DNA of 64,000 nucleotides from positions 124,001-188,000 of the forward strand of contig NW_025765136.1 in NCBI RefSeq assembly GCF_003918875.1, in the 5' to 3' direction. Below, in pieces: positions 36,501 through 49,642 of this stretch. Source of the stretch: Haliotis rubra. Taxonomy: Eukaryota. How positions within the stretch are numbered: position 1 is the first letter of the stretch; every line of letters starts with the position of its first letter. Below the pieces are notes generated by a model. The model saw only the letters and a program-made list of their open reading frames with translations, searched no databases and was not told the origin of the DNA. The translations under genes were made by a program, and so were the position numbers.

Positions 36501-39500
36501 AAACCTGGAATCATCTGTAAAAACAACATTTCTCCACCAAAACAAGGGTCTGCGGACATGACTTCGGCATCACATTCGGCGAGCTTGTCGTTGACGTTGT
36601 GTCAGGATAGGCCGTATGGCGGGACGTCGTGGTCTGATCCCGTGATGACGTAAACGTTGTCGAACTGTGTTGGGGTGGATACGACGAAGTCCTGGGATGG
36701 TTCGGGCAGTCATCACTGCAGTCTGAAACCTGTGGCGCAGATTGGTCACCCTTATCCATCTGTCCTGTCTTGGCCTGTTACACGTGGACGTCCAGAACGC
36801 AGCCGATCGATGACGTCATTTGTGTTCTTGTAGCGTCTCACCAGTGCAGAAATGGTGTTCCGGTGGCAGTGGAAATGTGCAGCCACTTGTCGTTGAGACA
36901 TTCCCCCACGGGCCATCCCAATGGCCTCGTGGCGTTGTGCAGACGTGAGCCTTTGCAGCTATGCGTTTCAATAGCCGTTTAATTTTTTGAACGATCGCAA
37001 GGGCAGGGGTTGAGCTTTCCAAAGTGACAGTATTGTGTGGCACTCATTAGCTCTGTTTCTTTTTCCCGGAATGCACGTGCAACATCGTATTGCACGTCTC
37101 AAGGACGAACCCACTGACGTCACGGAAAGTGGCACGTGCATGCATGTTGGATATATGTCACTAATCTCTGAGTTTAAATCCTTATGTGTCTACACAGGTT
37201 TGATAAATCTAGATTTTAAATTTTTGTATGCACAGTTTCTTTATGTGCCTAGTATATATGATAATGTACGTTCTAACCATTCGTACTATTTGTACCGGGG
37301 CGATTTGAGTTGTTGCTCTTGATATCAACCGCTGGTTTGACAGGCCTCGATGTTACATATGACTATTAAAAGGCGTTGTTGATATTTCCAAACAAGGCAT
37401 AATACGACAGCGATGTGAGCACGTATACAATGAAAATCTAGTAGCTCTCTTGTATTCAGGTATGACTGAATCAGCTGATCCGTCACCCCTGATGTATCAC
37501 TGAATGACTAAACAATTATTTCAGGACATGTAAGTAGTGGTTAAGTGAAACACACCAGTGTAAACCTTACCGTAAAGATGAAGTTTTTACTGGTTAACTG
37601 TCTCTATACAACCCGTACCGCGTGATAGTAACACGTACCGTATACCGCATAGTAGGGGTGGGTATTGCAGAATTTTCATATTGCGATATATTGCGATGCA
37701 AAAGCATGTATAGCGATATGTATTGCAATATATTGCGTGAAGTAAAAACTACTTACAATCGAGGTAAAGCTTGATTTATAGAGCAAATACACAGCAAAAT
37801 CACAATGCTTGATTAAGCTTTAATAACAACTTTTATTCATGATTAAAAATAAAAATGTGAATAATATTTGGCACAAATGAAAAAAAGGAAATATCCGAAG
37901 ATTTCCGTGTGTTACGAAGTTTTCCGAATTCAAGTCAAAATACCGGTTTTCGATCAGCGTATTGCAATACGTATCGTTTTCATGTCTGAACCGGTAAATA
38001 CCGGTAAACCGGTTATATTGCGCAGACCTACCACATAGGTTGTTAGTTTTAATATGACCAAACCTAGGGAGTTAGTGCTGGGATTTGGTTGATTGGTTTG
38101 CTACTTAATGTCACACTCATCAATATTCCACCTCTATGGCGGCGGTCTGTACATAATCGAGTCTGGACCAGACAATCCAGTGATCACCATCATGAGCATC
38201 GTTCTAATCAATTCGATACGGTATGTGTCAACCAAGTCAGCGATCCTGTCAACCCGATCCCGTTAGTCGCCTCTTACGACAAGCATGGCTGCTGAAAACA
38301 GTTCTAACGCGGATCTTCACATTTAACGCGATATAACGTACGTATAATTACACTCCTTCACTGATGATCAGTTTATCTTTTTCTTATCATCCTATTTGTC
38401 AATTTGCATTGTTCTGTATACACGAAATCAGATGCGATACAATACTAATAATTCGTTGACTTACAGAAACATTCCAGTCATCGTCGGATCGACTGTGGGT
38501 AGCTTAGCCTTCATCGTCATCGTCATCATTTCCATCTGTGTCTATTTGAAGAAATCAAATAAATCAGCCCGCACTATCGGCGATGACCCAAACATGATGG
38601 CAACTGCAGGTTTGTAAGCTTTCCTTAATACATTAGGACGTGTTATTGTGGTAAATACTTTCAAACGGGATTGGATGAAGTTTGGTTGGAAACACTGTGG
38701 GCTGAGGAGAACTGCATGTGTATAACGTGTCAAAGGAGGTGTATGATATATGTGTATGAAGGATGATATGCCACCTATTATGCTCTTGTATCATATGCAG
38801 TACTGTATTTGGCATTGTACAGATTCTTGTTCTTTTATTGGGCTGTGTCCCACCCGAGATTCCAACCCACACAATCAGAGTCAGGCACCTAATCCCCAGC
38901 ACACAAAAACAACCATCTAACAACTTAGCCACGGCAGATTCCACAAATAAAGGAAGTCGGACATGTGGCAGCGTAGACGACGGACGGGGTGGTGGGTAGC
39001 CTTGTTGACGGACGCGGTGGTGGGTTCGCTCGTCACGCCGATGACCCGGGTTCGATTCCCCACATGGGCACAATGTGTGAAGCCCATTTCTGGTGTCCCC
39101 CGCCGTGATGTTGCTGGGAAATTGCTAAAAGCGGCGTAAAACCATACTCACTCACTCCTAAAGGCGTTTGTTCCGTGAATAAGTAAGGATTTTTACGTCA
39201 CTTTTTGCAATATTCCAGAATATCACAGAAAGGGACAACGGTACTTATCTTTAAGCATTATACCCATGCGGGAACCGAACTCAAACATTCGGTATGACGA
39301 TCTAATGGTTGAACTACTGTGTTGCCCCTTGGTCAATGATCTACCAGTAATTGTATTGCCCTCCCTATATACATACCTTGAACACTAACATGAATTCGTT
39401 TGCGCGTTGATAAGATGATAAGAGGCGAATGATTTAACTTCCGGGTTGTCCTGTAAACCACTCACTCACTAGACAACGGACTTTGTGTGTCTGATAAGTG

Positions 39501-40288
39501 GAAATTGGCATGGTTCCAACGATCGAAAGCTATGAGTACACAATGCCATTTACAATGTGGTCAAATGTAACACATGTATATTTGGGATTACACTTTCTCA
39601 GTAAAGTAACGATTCTGGTACTTTTACTATGCTCTTGTCAATTTCTGTTTTGTACCATACCGGCTGGGCTGGAAACTTTGACGATGACAGTTTAATTCAA
39701 GAATGTTAGAATGACCAGAATAGTTTGCCCTCGACAAGGTCTCACTGGGGCTCATGTGTTTGTACGTGCGTGCATGTACCTTTCTCTAAGGTTAGATATT
39801 TAGGTCAATTCCCTGAAACCACATCTTTTTTGGAAGAAGTAGCGTTATGTTTTTTCACAGAGATAATGATTATTTTTTTTCTCTCCCTGATTTTAGCACT
39901 TGCTGCCCAACAAGCTGGGATTTCACCCCAGATGGTCCCGCCGTTTGGATACAGTGCCTACCCCAGTCCGACAAATTATTATGGGATGCAGCCTAATCCT
40001 CTTCTTTCTTCCCCACTTTCTGCTAATCTTCCTCCTCCTTATCTTGCTCCTTATCTTGCTCCTGCTAATCATGCTCCTTATCTTGCTCCTGCTAATCATG
40101 CTCCTTATCTTGCTCCTCCTAATCTGACTTCTGCTAATCCAGCTCCTGCTAATCATCCTCCTCCTAATCCTGCTGCTGCTAATCCTGCTCCTCCTAATCC
40201 TCCCCCTGCTAATCCTCCTCCTAATCCCCCTCCTGAAAATCCTGCTCCTCCGAATCCTTCTCCTCAACAGGCGCCTTCCCCTAACTAA
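33535..40288 (+). CDS. Single-pass membrane protein with a six-Cys ectodomain and Pro-rich PPxY tail (CYYR1/WBP1/VOPP1/Shisa-like family), 221 aa, 4 coding exons
   Basis: Exons 33535-33583 (MEAIGLVTGLLLVLLE, signal peptide), 35644-35725 (DVRAEFCSSYMPYCENGCCGSTCCVDN; C-C-CC-CC pattern), 38467-38609 (TM VIVGSTVGSLAFIVIVIISICVYL followed by KKSNK) and 39897-40288 (Pro-rich, LPPPY, stop TAA). Intron phases 1, 2, 1 all match; total 666 nt. Confidence 0.85.
33901..35182 (+). mobile_element. Tc1-family DNA transposon (paralogous to 252-1469) in intron 1 of the CYYR1-like gene
   Basis: TIR 'tactctcccc..gaaaaacgcatag' versus the reverse complement of 'ctatgcgtttccttttggggagagta'; same transposase fragments. 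Confidence 0.85.
35741..37254 (-). mobile_element. Near full-length Tc1 transposon with a decayed transposase
   Basis: 27-bp TIRs with one mismatch (tactag[c/g]cacataaagaaactgtgcat) and TA flanks. ORF 35946-36458 reads GGGSVMIWGGI...FQEDNVRPHTA...WLANSLDLSPIEHVWD...GGHTRY. Confidence 0.92.
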
Positions 40289-40555
40289 ACAGTTAGCTTA
40301 GATGATGATTACAGCCTACCGCAATTGTGCACCCAGATATATGAAATACTTAGCTATACTGCTCAAAAGAAGTTAAAACACCCGATTCTGTCATGGTACT
40401 ACACAAGGTAGCTAATGTGTCAGTAATTACCGTCAGTAATATGGAAGAAAAATGGCGTGACATGTTAATCTTAGCGATATGAAAGAACTGGGTGTACTTT
40501 ATATTCACATATACGCTTCTTTGGAGATATATAAATTACACTTTGCAGACCAGTT

Positions 40556-40690
40556 NNNNNNNNNNNNNNNNNNNNNNNNNNNNNNNNNNNNNNNNNNNNN
40601 NNNNNNNNNNNNNNNNNNNNNNNNNNNNNNNNNNNNNNNNNNNNNNNNNNNNNNNNNNNNNNNNNNNNNNNNNNNNNNNNNNNNNNNNNN
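40556..40690. other. Assembly gap (135 N)
   Basis: Run of N. Confidence 1.
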
Positions 40691-42239
40691 NAATATTTTC
40701 CAAATAAGTGCAGCATTCAAAAGGGACTCATAAAATGAGTTAGAAAATACGACAAAGAGCAGTAAAATGGTGCTCTGTCAGGATCAGGTCCTTCAGCTTT
40801 TGAACTATGTGGGTTCTACCTGTCACTTCGGTGCCAAGGTATTCCAAAAGGTGTTTAATTGGGATCAAATCTCGTTTTGTCATTGTTAAATCACGTCGTA
40901 CTCAAGTTAATGTTCATGTGGATCAACATATTTTCACTTCACATCAGCTGAATAAAATAAGCTTCTCTTTCAAGATGATTTTGTAACATGCTTTATACAT
41001 TTAGAAAATACGCCTCTCTTTCAAGATAATGTTTTAACATGCCTTATTCATTTATTATAAGTGATTATCATAGCATCATATGTTTATTGTTCAAAAATGT
41101 TTATCCATATGGTTTGAGATACATGGAAAGGAAAAGTTTGTACGATTGTAATGTGATTTACAGCGTCGTCGACGTACCAGAGATAGCATTGTTGTCATGT
41201 TTAGCGACTTCACGTAGAGACAAGAGTCCATGTTAATGAAGTTCGATAGCAAAGGGCCTGAATGTGCTTTGAATCCCTGCTTCTTCGTGATCAGTCGGTA
41301 TAATTATAATTCATGGATAATAAAGGTAGTGTCGATAATAAAGACTTGTGGATGTAGTATGTTTGTGTGTTATCTATTATCATTGGTCGTTTTAAAATAG
41401 ACACAGCAAAGAGGATTCAGTGATGCTTGTAAAGTCTGGTTAAGCTCATCGCCAGCCTTCCTTTATTTACACGCAGCCCAGAGAGCGAATAGCACTTCTC
41501 CCATGAAGCACTGCCCAGTCGGACCCGCTGAGACGTTTTCGGTGCACAGGTAGAATTCCAAACACTGGAACTCAAAGTGTCAGAATGAGTGACTTTATTC
41601 AGCAATATTCCAGCTATATGACGGCGATCTGTAAATAAATCGGACCAGACAATCCAGTGATCAACAGCATGAGCATCGATCTACACAACTGGGATACGAT
41701 GACATGTGTCAACCAAGTCATTGAGCCTGACCACCCGATCCCGTTAGTCGCCTCTTACGACAAGCATGGGCTACTGAAGATCAATCCTAACCCGGTCCAA
41801 AGTGTCAGAAGGGCTGTGGTGCTGGCAGCAAAGGTGTGTACTCTCGTAATGTCAGTCAAAAGATTAGGGTAGCAAGAATAGTTGTGGGGTCGGACAACTT
41901 GGTACTCGGGCTTCAAGCGTGAAATTTTGCTAGCGGGATCGGTATATGTGCCATGTTTTTCCAAATTCTTGTCGGTTATAATTGAGTCAAAAGCACAGAA
42001 ACTTCAATGATACACATACTTTTGCTGGTTAACAAGACCCCCACAAAAAAATAATAAAACAAAATAAAAAAATAAAAAATAAAAAAATAAATAATTTAAA
42101 AAAATAAATAATAATAACAAAAAAGAAAAAAGAATTAAATCAAAAAAATCAAAAAAATCAATTAGGTTAATTAAGTCAACTTCATCATTCTCATCCATTG
42201 TGATTAGAGCTGACTGTTATAGCTTTTCTTCAAGAAGTG

Positions 42240-42480
42240 ATGATGACATCTGCCACATTGGAGTCTGTGCTGGTGTGCTGATGGGTCGGTATAGCCGCAA
42301 TCAGTTCGATCTCTGTACACAAAAAAATGTACATCTCTCGTGAAAAGGAAATTGGTCTACGACAGGCTGTTCAAGGAGAATCAAAATGTGGTGGGCAGGG
42401 TTTCACCAAATGCAAGTGCTGGAAACAGTTGCACGTTAATAAGGCCCATAATTAGGCCACGGCATTTCGCGAGACATTAC
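42240..42480 (+). mobile_element. Ginger/GIN-type (KRBA2/SCAND3-like) integrase C-terminal fragment
   Basis: Translates as GVLMGRYSRNQFDLCTQK ... IGLRQAVQGESKCGGQGFTKCKC, the Cys-rich tail typical of this transposase family. Confidence 0.6.
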
Positions 42481-42941
42481 GTTGTTTAGTACTTCCGGTG
42501 ACAAACAAAGTTTCATACCTTTTCGAATGGTCTCATGGTTGTCAGTTGACTGTATGGAACCGATAATCCTTGCAGAAATAACAAATTTCCGATCTAACTA
42601 TCCCCAAATTAGCCACATATTACGACTGTCAACAGCTGTGACATCCAGGATTGTCTGGTCCAGACTCGATTATTTACAGACCGCCGCCATATAGCTAGAA
42701 TATTGCTGAGTGCGGCGTAAAACTAAACTCACTCACTCACTCCAGGAATGGTTGTACACTTGGTCCGGTCTAGTAAAGTCATATTTGCCGGTCGCTCAAT
42801 TTCGAACCAGAACTGGTTCTTGAATATACGCTTGTCACCAGAAATTGGTAAATTTCATTGAGGGAGTTGTCCCAGCAAGATCATGCAATGCCTCACACAG
42901 CAAATACCACTATTCAGTAACTTAAGAATGAGAACATTACC

Positions 42942-45083
42942 GTGGTTGTTGTGGAAGCACTTGTTATGCAGACAACATGCAAGTATTATACTATGGACTA
43001 GTGGCTGCAGTATGTTTCCATGAGCCAGTCTTGTTGGTGAAAATACCAAATAACAATGTGCGGCCTAGCCAGTTGTACTATTTCTACCTCGACGATTTGA
43101 GTTGTTGCTCTCGATATCAACCGCTGGTTTGACTAGCCTCGATGTTACATATAACTATTTAAAGGGCGTCGTGGATATTTCAAAATACAGTGAGTGCTGC
43201 TGCTAAGCCTCCTCCCCCAAATCCCCCTCCTGATAATCCTGCTCCTCCTAATCCCCCTCCTGATAATCCTGCTCCTCCTAACCATCCTCCTTCTAATCCC
43301 CCTCCTGATAATCCTGCCCCTCCTAACTATCCCCTCCTGATAATCCTGCTCCTCCTAACCATCCTCCTTCTCCTCCTGATAATCCCCTCCTAACTATCCC
43401 TGATAATCCTGCTCCTCCTAACCATCCTTCTGCTAATCCCCTCCTGATAATCATGCTCCTCCTAACTATCCTCCTCCTAATCCCTCTCCTGATAATCCTG
43501 CTCCTCCTAACCATCCTCCTTCTAATCCCCTCCTGATAATCCTGCTCCTCCTAACCATCCTTCTAATCCCCTCCTGATAATCCTGCTCCTCCTAACCATC
43601 CTTCTAATCCCCTCCTGATAATCCTGCTCCTCCTAACCATCCTTCTATCCCCCTCCTGATAATCCTGCTCCTCCTAACTATCCTCCTCCTAATCCCCCTC
43701 CTGATAATCCTGCTCCTCCTAACCATCCTTCTGCTAATCCCCTTCCTGATAATCCTGCTCCTCCTAACCATCCTCCTTTTTATCCCCCTCCTGATAATCC
43801 TGCTCCTCCTAACCATCCTCCTCCTAATCCCCCTCTTGATAATCCTGCTCCTCCTAACCATCCTCCTTCTTATCCCCCTCCTGATAATCCTCCTCCTCCT
43901 AACAATCCTCCTCCTAATCCCCTCCTGATAATCCTGCGCCTCCCAATACCATCCCCCTCCTAATCCCCCGCCTGATAATCCTGCTCCTCCTAACCATCCC
44001 CTCCTGATAATCCAGCTCCTCCTAACCATCCTCCTCCTAATCCCCTCTTGATAATCCTGCTCCACCTAACCATCTTTCTATTCCCCCTCCTGTTAATCCT
44101 GCTTCTCCTAACCATCCCCATCCTCATAATCCTGCCCCTCCTAACATCCTCCTTCTAATCCCCCTCCTGATAATCCTGCTCCTCCTAACCATCTTTCTAA
44201 TCCCCCTCCTGATAATCCTGCTCCACCTAACTATCTTCCTAATCCCCCCTGATAATCCTGCTCCTCCTAACCATCCTCCTCCTCATCCCCCTCCCGATAA
44301 TCCTGCTCCTCCTAACCATACTCCTACTAATCCCCCTTTTGATAATCCTGCTCCACCTAACCATCCTCCTTCTAATCCCCTCCTGATAATCCTGCTCCTC
44401 CCAACCATCTTTCTAATCCCCTCCTGATAATCCTGCTCCCTCCTAACCATCTTTCTAATCCCCTCCTGATAATCCTGCTCCACCTAACTATCTTCCCTAA
44501 TCCCCCTGATAATCCTGCTCCCACCCAACCATCCTCCTCCTCATCCTGATAATCCTGCTCCTCCTAACCATCCTCCTTCTAATCCCCCTCTTGATAATCC
44601 TGCTCCACCTAACCATCCTCCTTCTAATCCCCCTCCTGATAATCCTGCTCCTCCTAACCATCTTTCTAATCCCCCTCCTGATAATCCTGCTCCACCTAAC
44701 CATCCTCCTCCTAATCCCCCTCCTGATAATCCTGCTCCTCCTAACCATCCTCCTCCTAATCCCTCCTGATAATCCTGCTCCACCTAACCATCCTCCTCCT
44801 ATCCCTCCTGATAATCCTGCTCCTCCTAACAATCCTTCTCCTAATCCCCCCTCCTGTTAATCCTGCTCCTCCTAACCATCCTCCTCCTAATCCCTCCTGA
44901 TAATCCTGCTCCACCTAACCATCCCTCCTAATCCCTCCTGATAATCCTGCTCCTCCTAACATCCTCATTTTCATCCCCCTCCTGATAATCTTGCTCCACC
45001 TAACCATCTTTCTAATCCCCCTCCTGATAATCCTGCTCCACCTAACCATCTTCCTCCTCAGTAGGCGCCGTCCCCTAACTAAC
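42942..45083 (+). pseudogene. Third, deleted copy of the CYYR1-like gene: 3' part of the Cys exon, part of intron 2, then an expanded Pro-rich terminal exon
   Basis: 42942-42978 matches exon 2 (GCCGSTCYADN; donor GTAAGT changed to GCAAGT). ~43050-43180 matches intron sequence ~37260-37390. The array ends in 'ggcgccgtcccctaactaa', like the end of exon 4 ('ggcgccttcccctaactaa'). The TM exon is absent. Confidence 0.7.
43195..45060 (+). repeat. ~45-bp tandem repeat encoding PPDNPAPPNHPPSNP-like units
   Basis: Unit cctcctgataatcctgctcctcctaaccatcctccttctaatccc, about 40 copies with length variants. Confidence 0.95.
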
Positions 45084-45145
45084 TTGACGTTTAAACTTCT
45101 TTGTTGGTTTGGTAACCTGTCCGTTCAAAATATAGCTAAACTCAA

Positions 45146-45535
45146 CAAAATTGTTAGTCTGTCATACAGAACTTGAAAGCAAATATATCCAAGAAATCCC
45201 ACGTAAGTCTAGAAAAAGTCTAGATTTCCACAGCTTCAGGAAGAGTCTTAGGCTCCTTTTTATTATATTTTGTTTTTTCACTATGAGCTTTTTTCGGTAA
45301 AACATGTTCATTTGAGAGACTGGTTGTTAGTCTACAAAATTGTTAGTCTGTCATACAGACCCTGAAGCAAATACATCCAAGAAATCCCACGCAAGTCTAG
45401 AAAATGTTGCAAGTCTAGATGAAGAAAGTCTATGGGGTCCTTTTTATTATATTTTGTTGCTTTTTTCACTATGAGCCTTTTTGTCTGTAAAACATGTTCA
45501 TTTCAGAGACTAGTTGTTAGTCTACAAAATTGTTA
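45146..45535 (+). repeat. Two tandem copies of a ~190-bp unit
   Basis: 'caaaattgtta' recurs at ~45146, 45335 and 45525 with matching sequence between. Confidence 0.75.
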
Positions 45536-48353
45536 ACCAAGCACGAAAAATCGATCATTGGCACTGAGTCAATAACATCTATCGGCCTACTTTACGAGCA
45601 GCAAATCATTAAAAAAAAGTGCGGAAAATTGTAAACGACAGTTCCCACATTCTGTTTTACGATTTTGAATTTCTTCCATCAGGTCGTCGTCTGCGCATGC
45701 CGATAGCTAGAACAAACATGTTCCCTTACTCTTTTGTACCAGCCGGTATTCATTATTTTAACAATAGTTAATCCTCAATATTTATATTCACCTTATTATC
45801 TTACCATTTCATACCATTTCACACCACTGCCTTATTTTACCTCATCATTTCAGTTCATCATATCCTACTTCTCCCCCGTTTTAGTGCTCTTAACTATTTA
45901 TTTGTTTACCATCTCAGTGCTTACTGAAATGTGATGTGTTGCGATTCCATGTTTTGTTCTGTCTCATGTGTTTTACGATGTAACCACAATTTCCTTCGGG
46001 ATAATAAAGTATTATCTTATCTTAACAAAATATAATAAATGGCGCTTTTTGACGTTTAGTTATAAAATGAGGGACTGCCTTGACAAGTATCCATATGAAA
46101 GATCGCATGTGTACCGAAAGTGTATATGTATATGTACCTAGGCTCTAAACAGTGACGTCGTTATGAATAACACATGCAATGAACAACACGCGGTGAAGTG
46201 GAGCTATAGATAGTCACCTTCACGGCAGCGGATGGAGGAAGAGTGATGTTTCCGTATGTTTCATCATCACTGTTGACGGGTCTAATACAAGGTATTGAAA
46301 TAATTATCTACTACTGACAACTCAAATGCTTAATAGCAGTTTACAGCTTGAAGCTGAACGAGGCGGTGATCGCAGTACTTGGATCGCACATCTCCCTATG
46401 TTTTCTTGACTCGGGGTCGTTTTCATCGTGGGTACTACAGATTTGTATCCCAGGCACATTTCTGGGCCTACCTTTAGAGCACAGCACCACAAACTGAAAA
46501 AATACGTCATAATACCCTTTTACGTATTTTTATGTGATTTTGTTCCAATGCACGTTTGCAGCGCACGCGTTCTCCAAACAATGCCCTATGACGGCGGCAT
46601 AGCAACACTGTCGAGCTAGTGCGTATAAGCTCCGCTCACTGATGTTTCATCTCTACTAGCTATGGCATTTCATAAGCCCAACTATGTTAAGAGTTTCCAG
46701 TAGTTGTTTACCGGCGGATGCGCAACTTTTCGCAAGCACCAGTTTCAAATATGTTTCTTTTATCACTGATACGCTCATATTTATTTGTATTAAGAGCTGC
46801 TGATGTGTTATATATTGTGTATTTTTGTATTTTGTATTTTTTAAAATTAAGTAAAAACCGGTCACATTCTGCCATATTCTATTATTTGCAGTTTGGGTCA
46901 ATTTCATTATTTAAATATATTTTAAGGTTTCAGTGTAACTATTAGGACTAAATGAAATATAAATATGTGAACTGATATATTTTTACATTCAGTAATTTAA
47001 TGCATCATTACACAGAAATGGAGTTTATTAGTATTTTATTTTTTGAAGCAGTAAATGCACAGTAGGCGCCGATCTGATATATTTATAAGTATGACCTATA
47101 TCTTATATCTTATACATATAGGTCATACTTATAAATATATCAGAGTCGGGCGCCTATGAGAATGCATTACACTGGAAATGTCAGTCATTTTCGTGACGGT
47201 TCGGTCAATGTATTCTACTAATTAGGATTATTTCAAGGGGTTAGGGTTAGGGTAAGGGACCTAATCCATTGTACATGTGAGGTGAGGTGAGGTGAAATTG
47301 GGTTTAACGTCGTGCTTGAGAGTATGTCGCTCATATGACGACGTGCATGCGTGTGTATGTGTATGTGCGGCTGCTTGTACTAGCCCAGACTTAAGCTGGT
47401 TTTATAGTGCTAGCCAACTGAGATACCATGCCGCAGTGAAGCATGAATACCCCACTCAGACACATCATACTGACTCTGTGCCGACCAGTTCTTGTTCCCA
47501 TTAATGCCGAGTGCCAGGCAGGGACCAACACTATTGTCTTTTGGTATGACGTAGTCAGGGATCGAACATGTGACCTACCGCTCTCCGGGCGGTGGTCTAA
47601 CCACTACACCAGGGAGGTGGTCCTAGTGACATGTGACCTTTGGCAGAGAACGTCCTCACGTGAAGTTGTGATGCTGATTTCTAAAGGTGCTCCAGATCTT
47701 TTACTGTGGGTTCTGGGATGCAGTTTAAATGGAGAGGTCAGGGGTCATTGGTCGTGAGACTGTATCATATTTTTTGCAATTATTCTTGCCTGTAAAAATT
47801 CCCATCATCATGATCAGGACCTAAATACTGCCGTCTATCCTCATGATCATCATAATCCCACTGACGCTGAATTACTCTATTAGGGATTGTTTTCATCGGG
47901 GGTACTAACAGATTTGTATCCCGGGCACATTTCTGTATCCAGAGATTTGCCATAGCCAAAATCATTATACAGAACAGTATCCATGCAGTACCGTAAATAG
48001 CAATATATGAGTACCACAAAAACAAAGCTGGTTCATGTTTTTCAGATTCATCTGATAACCATGCTAGATAATGCTCTGAATATAAGTGAACGAGTTGCAT
48101 GCTGTTTTTAGCCATATTCCAGCAATATCATGGCGGGGAACACTAGAAATGGGCTTCAAACATTGTACTTATGTGTGGAATCAAACCCAGTTCTTCAGAG
48201 TGACGAGTGAACACTTAAACCGCTACCCCACCACCGAAGACTAATATAGGAGCTAGGAATATAGGAGTACTGTTTGTGATATTGTCACTTTGTATCTTCG
48301 TGTTTTAAATAATTTGCTAAATGATTAGTGTTAAGATCCTGTCAGTGACAACA

Positions 48354-49032
48354 TATATACCATTAAAAAAATTAGGGGATATTCCATTTTGCTAGCATAC
48401 CACTAGCCAATGCCAATGCATATGAGAAAAAGTAATATATATCCATACAGATGAAGCATTTCCAAAGGAATGGAATAAATTGTCACATTTTCCTTAATTT
48501 CTCTTCATCATCTGTTTCCTCCTTGGCTTCATCATTTGCATTTTATCAATCTTGTAAATCCAGTTTCCCCTACTTTTTTGAATGGTATATAACGTTACTG
48601 TAGAAGGCTGTGGGATAACATTTGGTTTTATGTAGCCTGGAGCATTATGCAGCGGCGGCATAGCAAGACAGCGGGCGCGCTAAAGTGAGATTATTGCTCT
48701 GCGACAGGCAGGCAACGCTGCCTGGGGCTGTGCTCGGTGAATTGCACGTTTTTAGAGGTAAACAGACACACAGACAGACAGACAGACAGATATTTTGTTA
48801 AAGTATCACCTCGTATATTTACATGTGTACATGGAATGGCTGTTGACAGCCTGGAGGATTATAAAGAAAATATACCATTCAAAAGTAGGGGATATTCCAT
48901 TTCCAAAGGAATGGAATAAATTGTCACATTTTCCTTAATTTCTCTTCATCATCTGTTTCCTCCTTGGCTTCATCATTTGCATTTTATCAGTCTTGTAAAT
49001 CCAATATCCCCTACTTTTTTTGAATGGTATAT
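48354..49032. mobile_element. Two adjacent copies of a small TIR element (~48354-48590 and ~48870-49032)
   Basis: Each copy is bounded by atataccatt.aaaa..taggggatatt and its reverse complement; they share a ~130-bp near-identical segment. Confidence 0.6.
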
Positions 49033-49109
49033 CTTGATGTGAGATTTGTCATTACAGACCCCACTATACCTAACTATCTTATTGTTTGCACAATGCAGTT
49101 TACCAAGTA

Positions 49110-49608
49110 CAGTGAAACACTGTCTAAACCGGCACCCCATAGGACCAAAATAAAATGCCAGTTTAGGCAGCGGTGCCGGATTAGACAGTGACGATAATTT
49201 TCGAACATGGCTGCCAATTACACTCTGTAATCTCTTTATTTCTGATTATCTAGCCTGCCAGGAGGAGTGTATTGGATTAAGGGACCTTGATTGGACTGCT
49301 CATACCCATGCCGGCTTTGAGCGTTTGATTCACTGCGTAATCACTACTTCGATTTCCTGATTGTCTTGCGTGACAAGAGGATTAATTAGTGTATTGGATT
49401 ATGAGTCCTTGATTGGACTGCTCATACCCATTCCGGTTTAGACAGTGTTAATTACAGTTCAAATTGCTTGTTGTGACCGGAAAGTCGTGCCGGAATACGG
49501 AATGTTTTAATGATCATAATATCGTTGTAAAATGGCGGGACCAAAATCTTATGCCGGTTTTGACAGTGTGCCGGATTAGACAGGTGCCGGTGTTGGCAGG
49601 TTTTACTG
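49110..49608. mobile_element. pogo/Tigger-type MITE ending 35 bp upstream of the LARS ATG
   Basis: TA|cagtgaaacactgtctaaaccggcacc ... ggtgccggtgttggcaggttttactg|TA, with internal 'ccgg.ttagacagtg' subterminal repeats. Confidence 0.8.
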
Positions 49609-49642
49609 TATAATCAAAGCAGTGAACCTATTTCAACTCAAC

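Larger units (their letters stand above)
33662..39309 (+). repeat. Copy B of the ~5.5-kb direct duplication
   Basis: Begins with the same 'tgccgtgtgtttt..aaaaactttaatcatac' as base 1 and stays colinear to the gap-adjacent sequence at 5501. Confidence 0.9.

Noticed and set aside
39923-44832. Arg-rich protamine-like, Gly-rich and Leu-rich ORFs (39923-40267, 43604-44065, 44497-44832, 44591-44860)
   Set aside because: These are antisense or alternative-frame readings of the Pro-coding CCT-rich repeat.
47236-47260. TTAGGG telomere-like repeat
   Set aside because: Only two to three units and interstitial. Such motifs are common inside non-autonomous elements.
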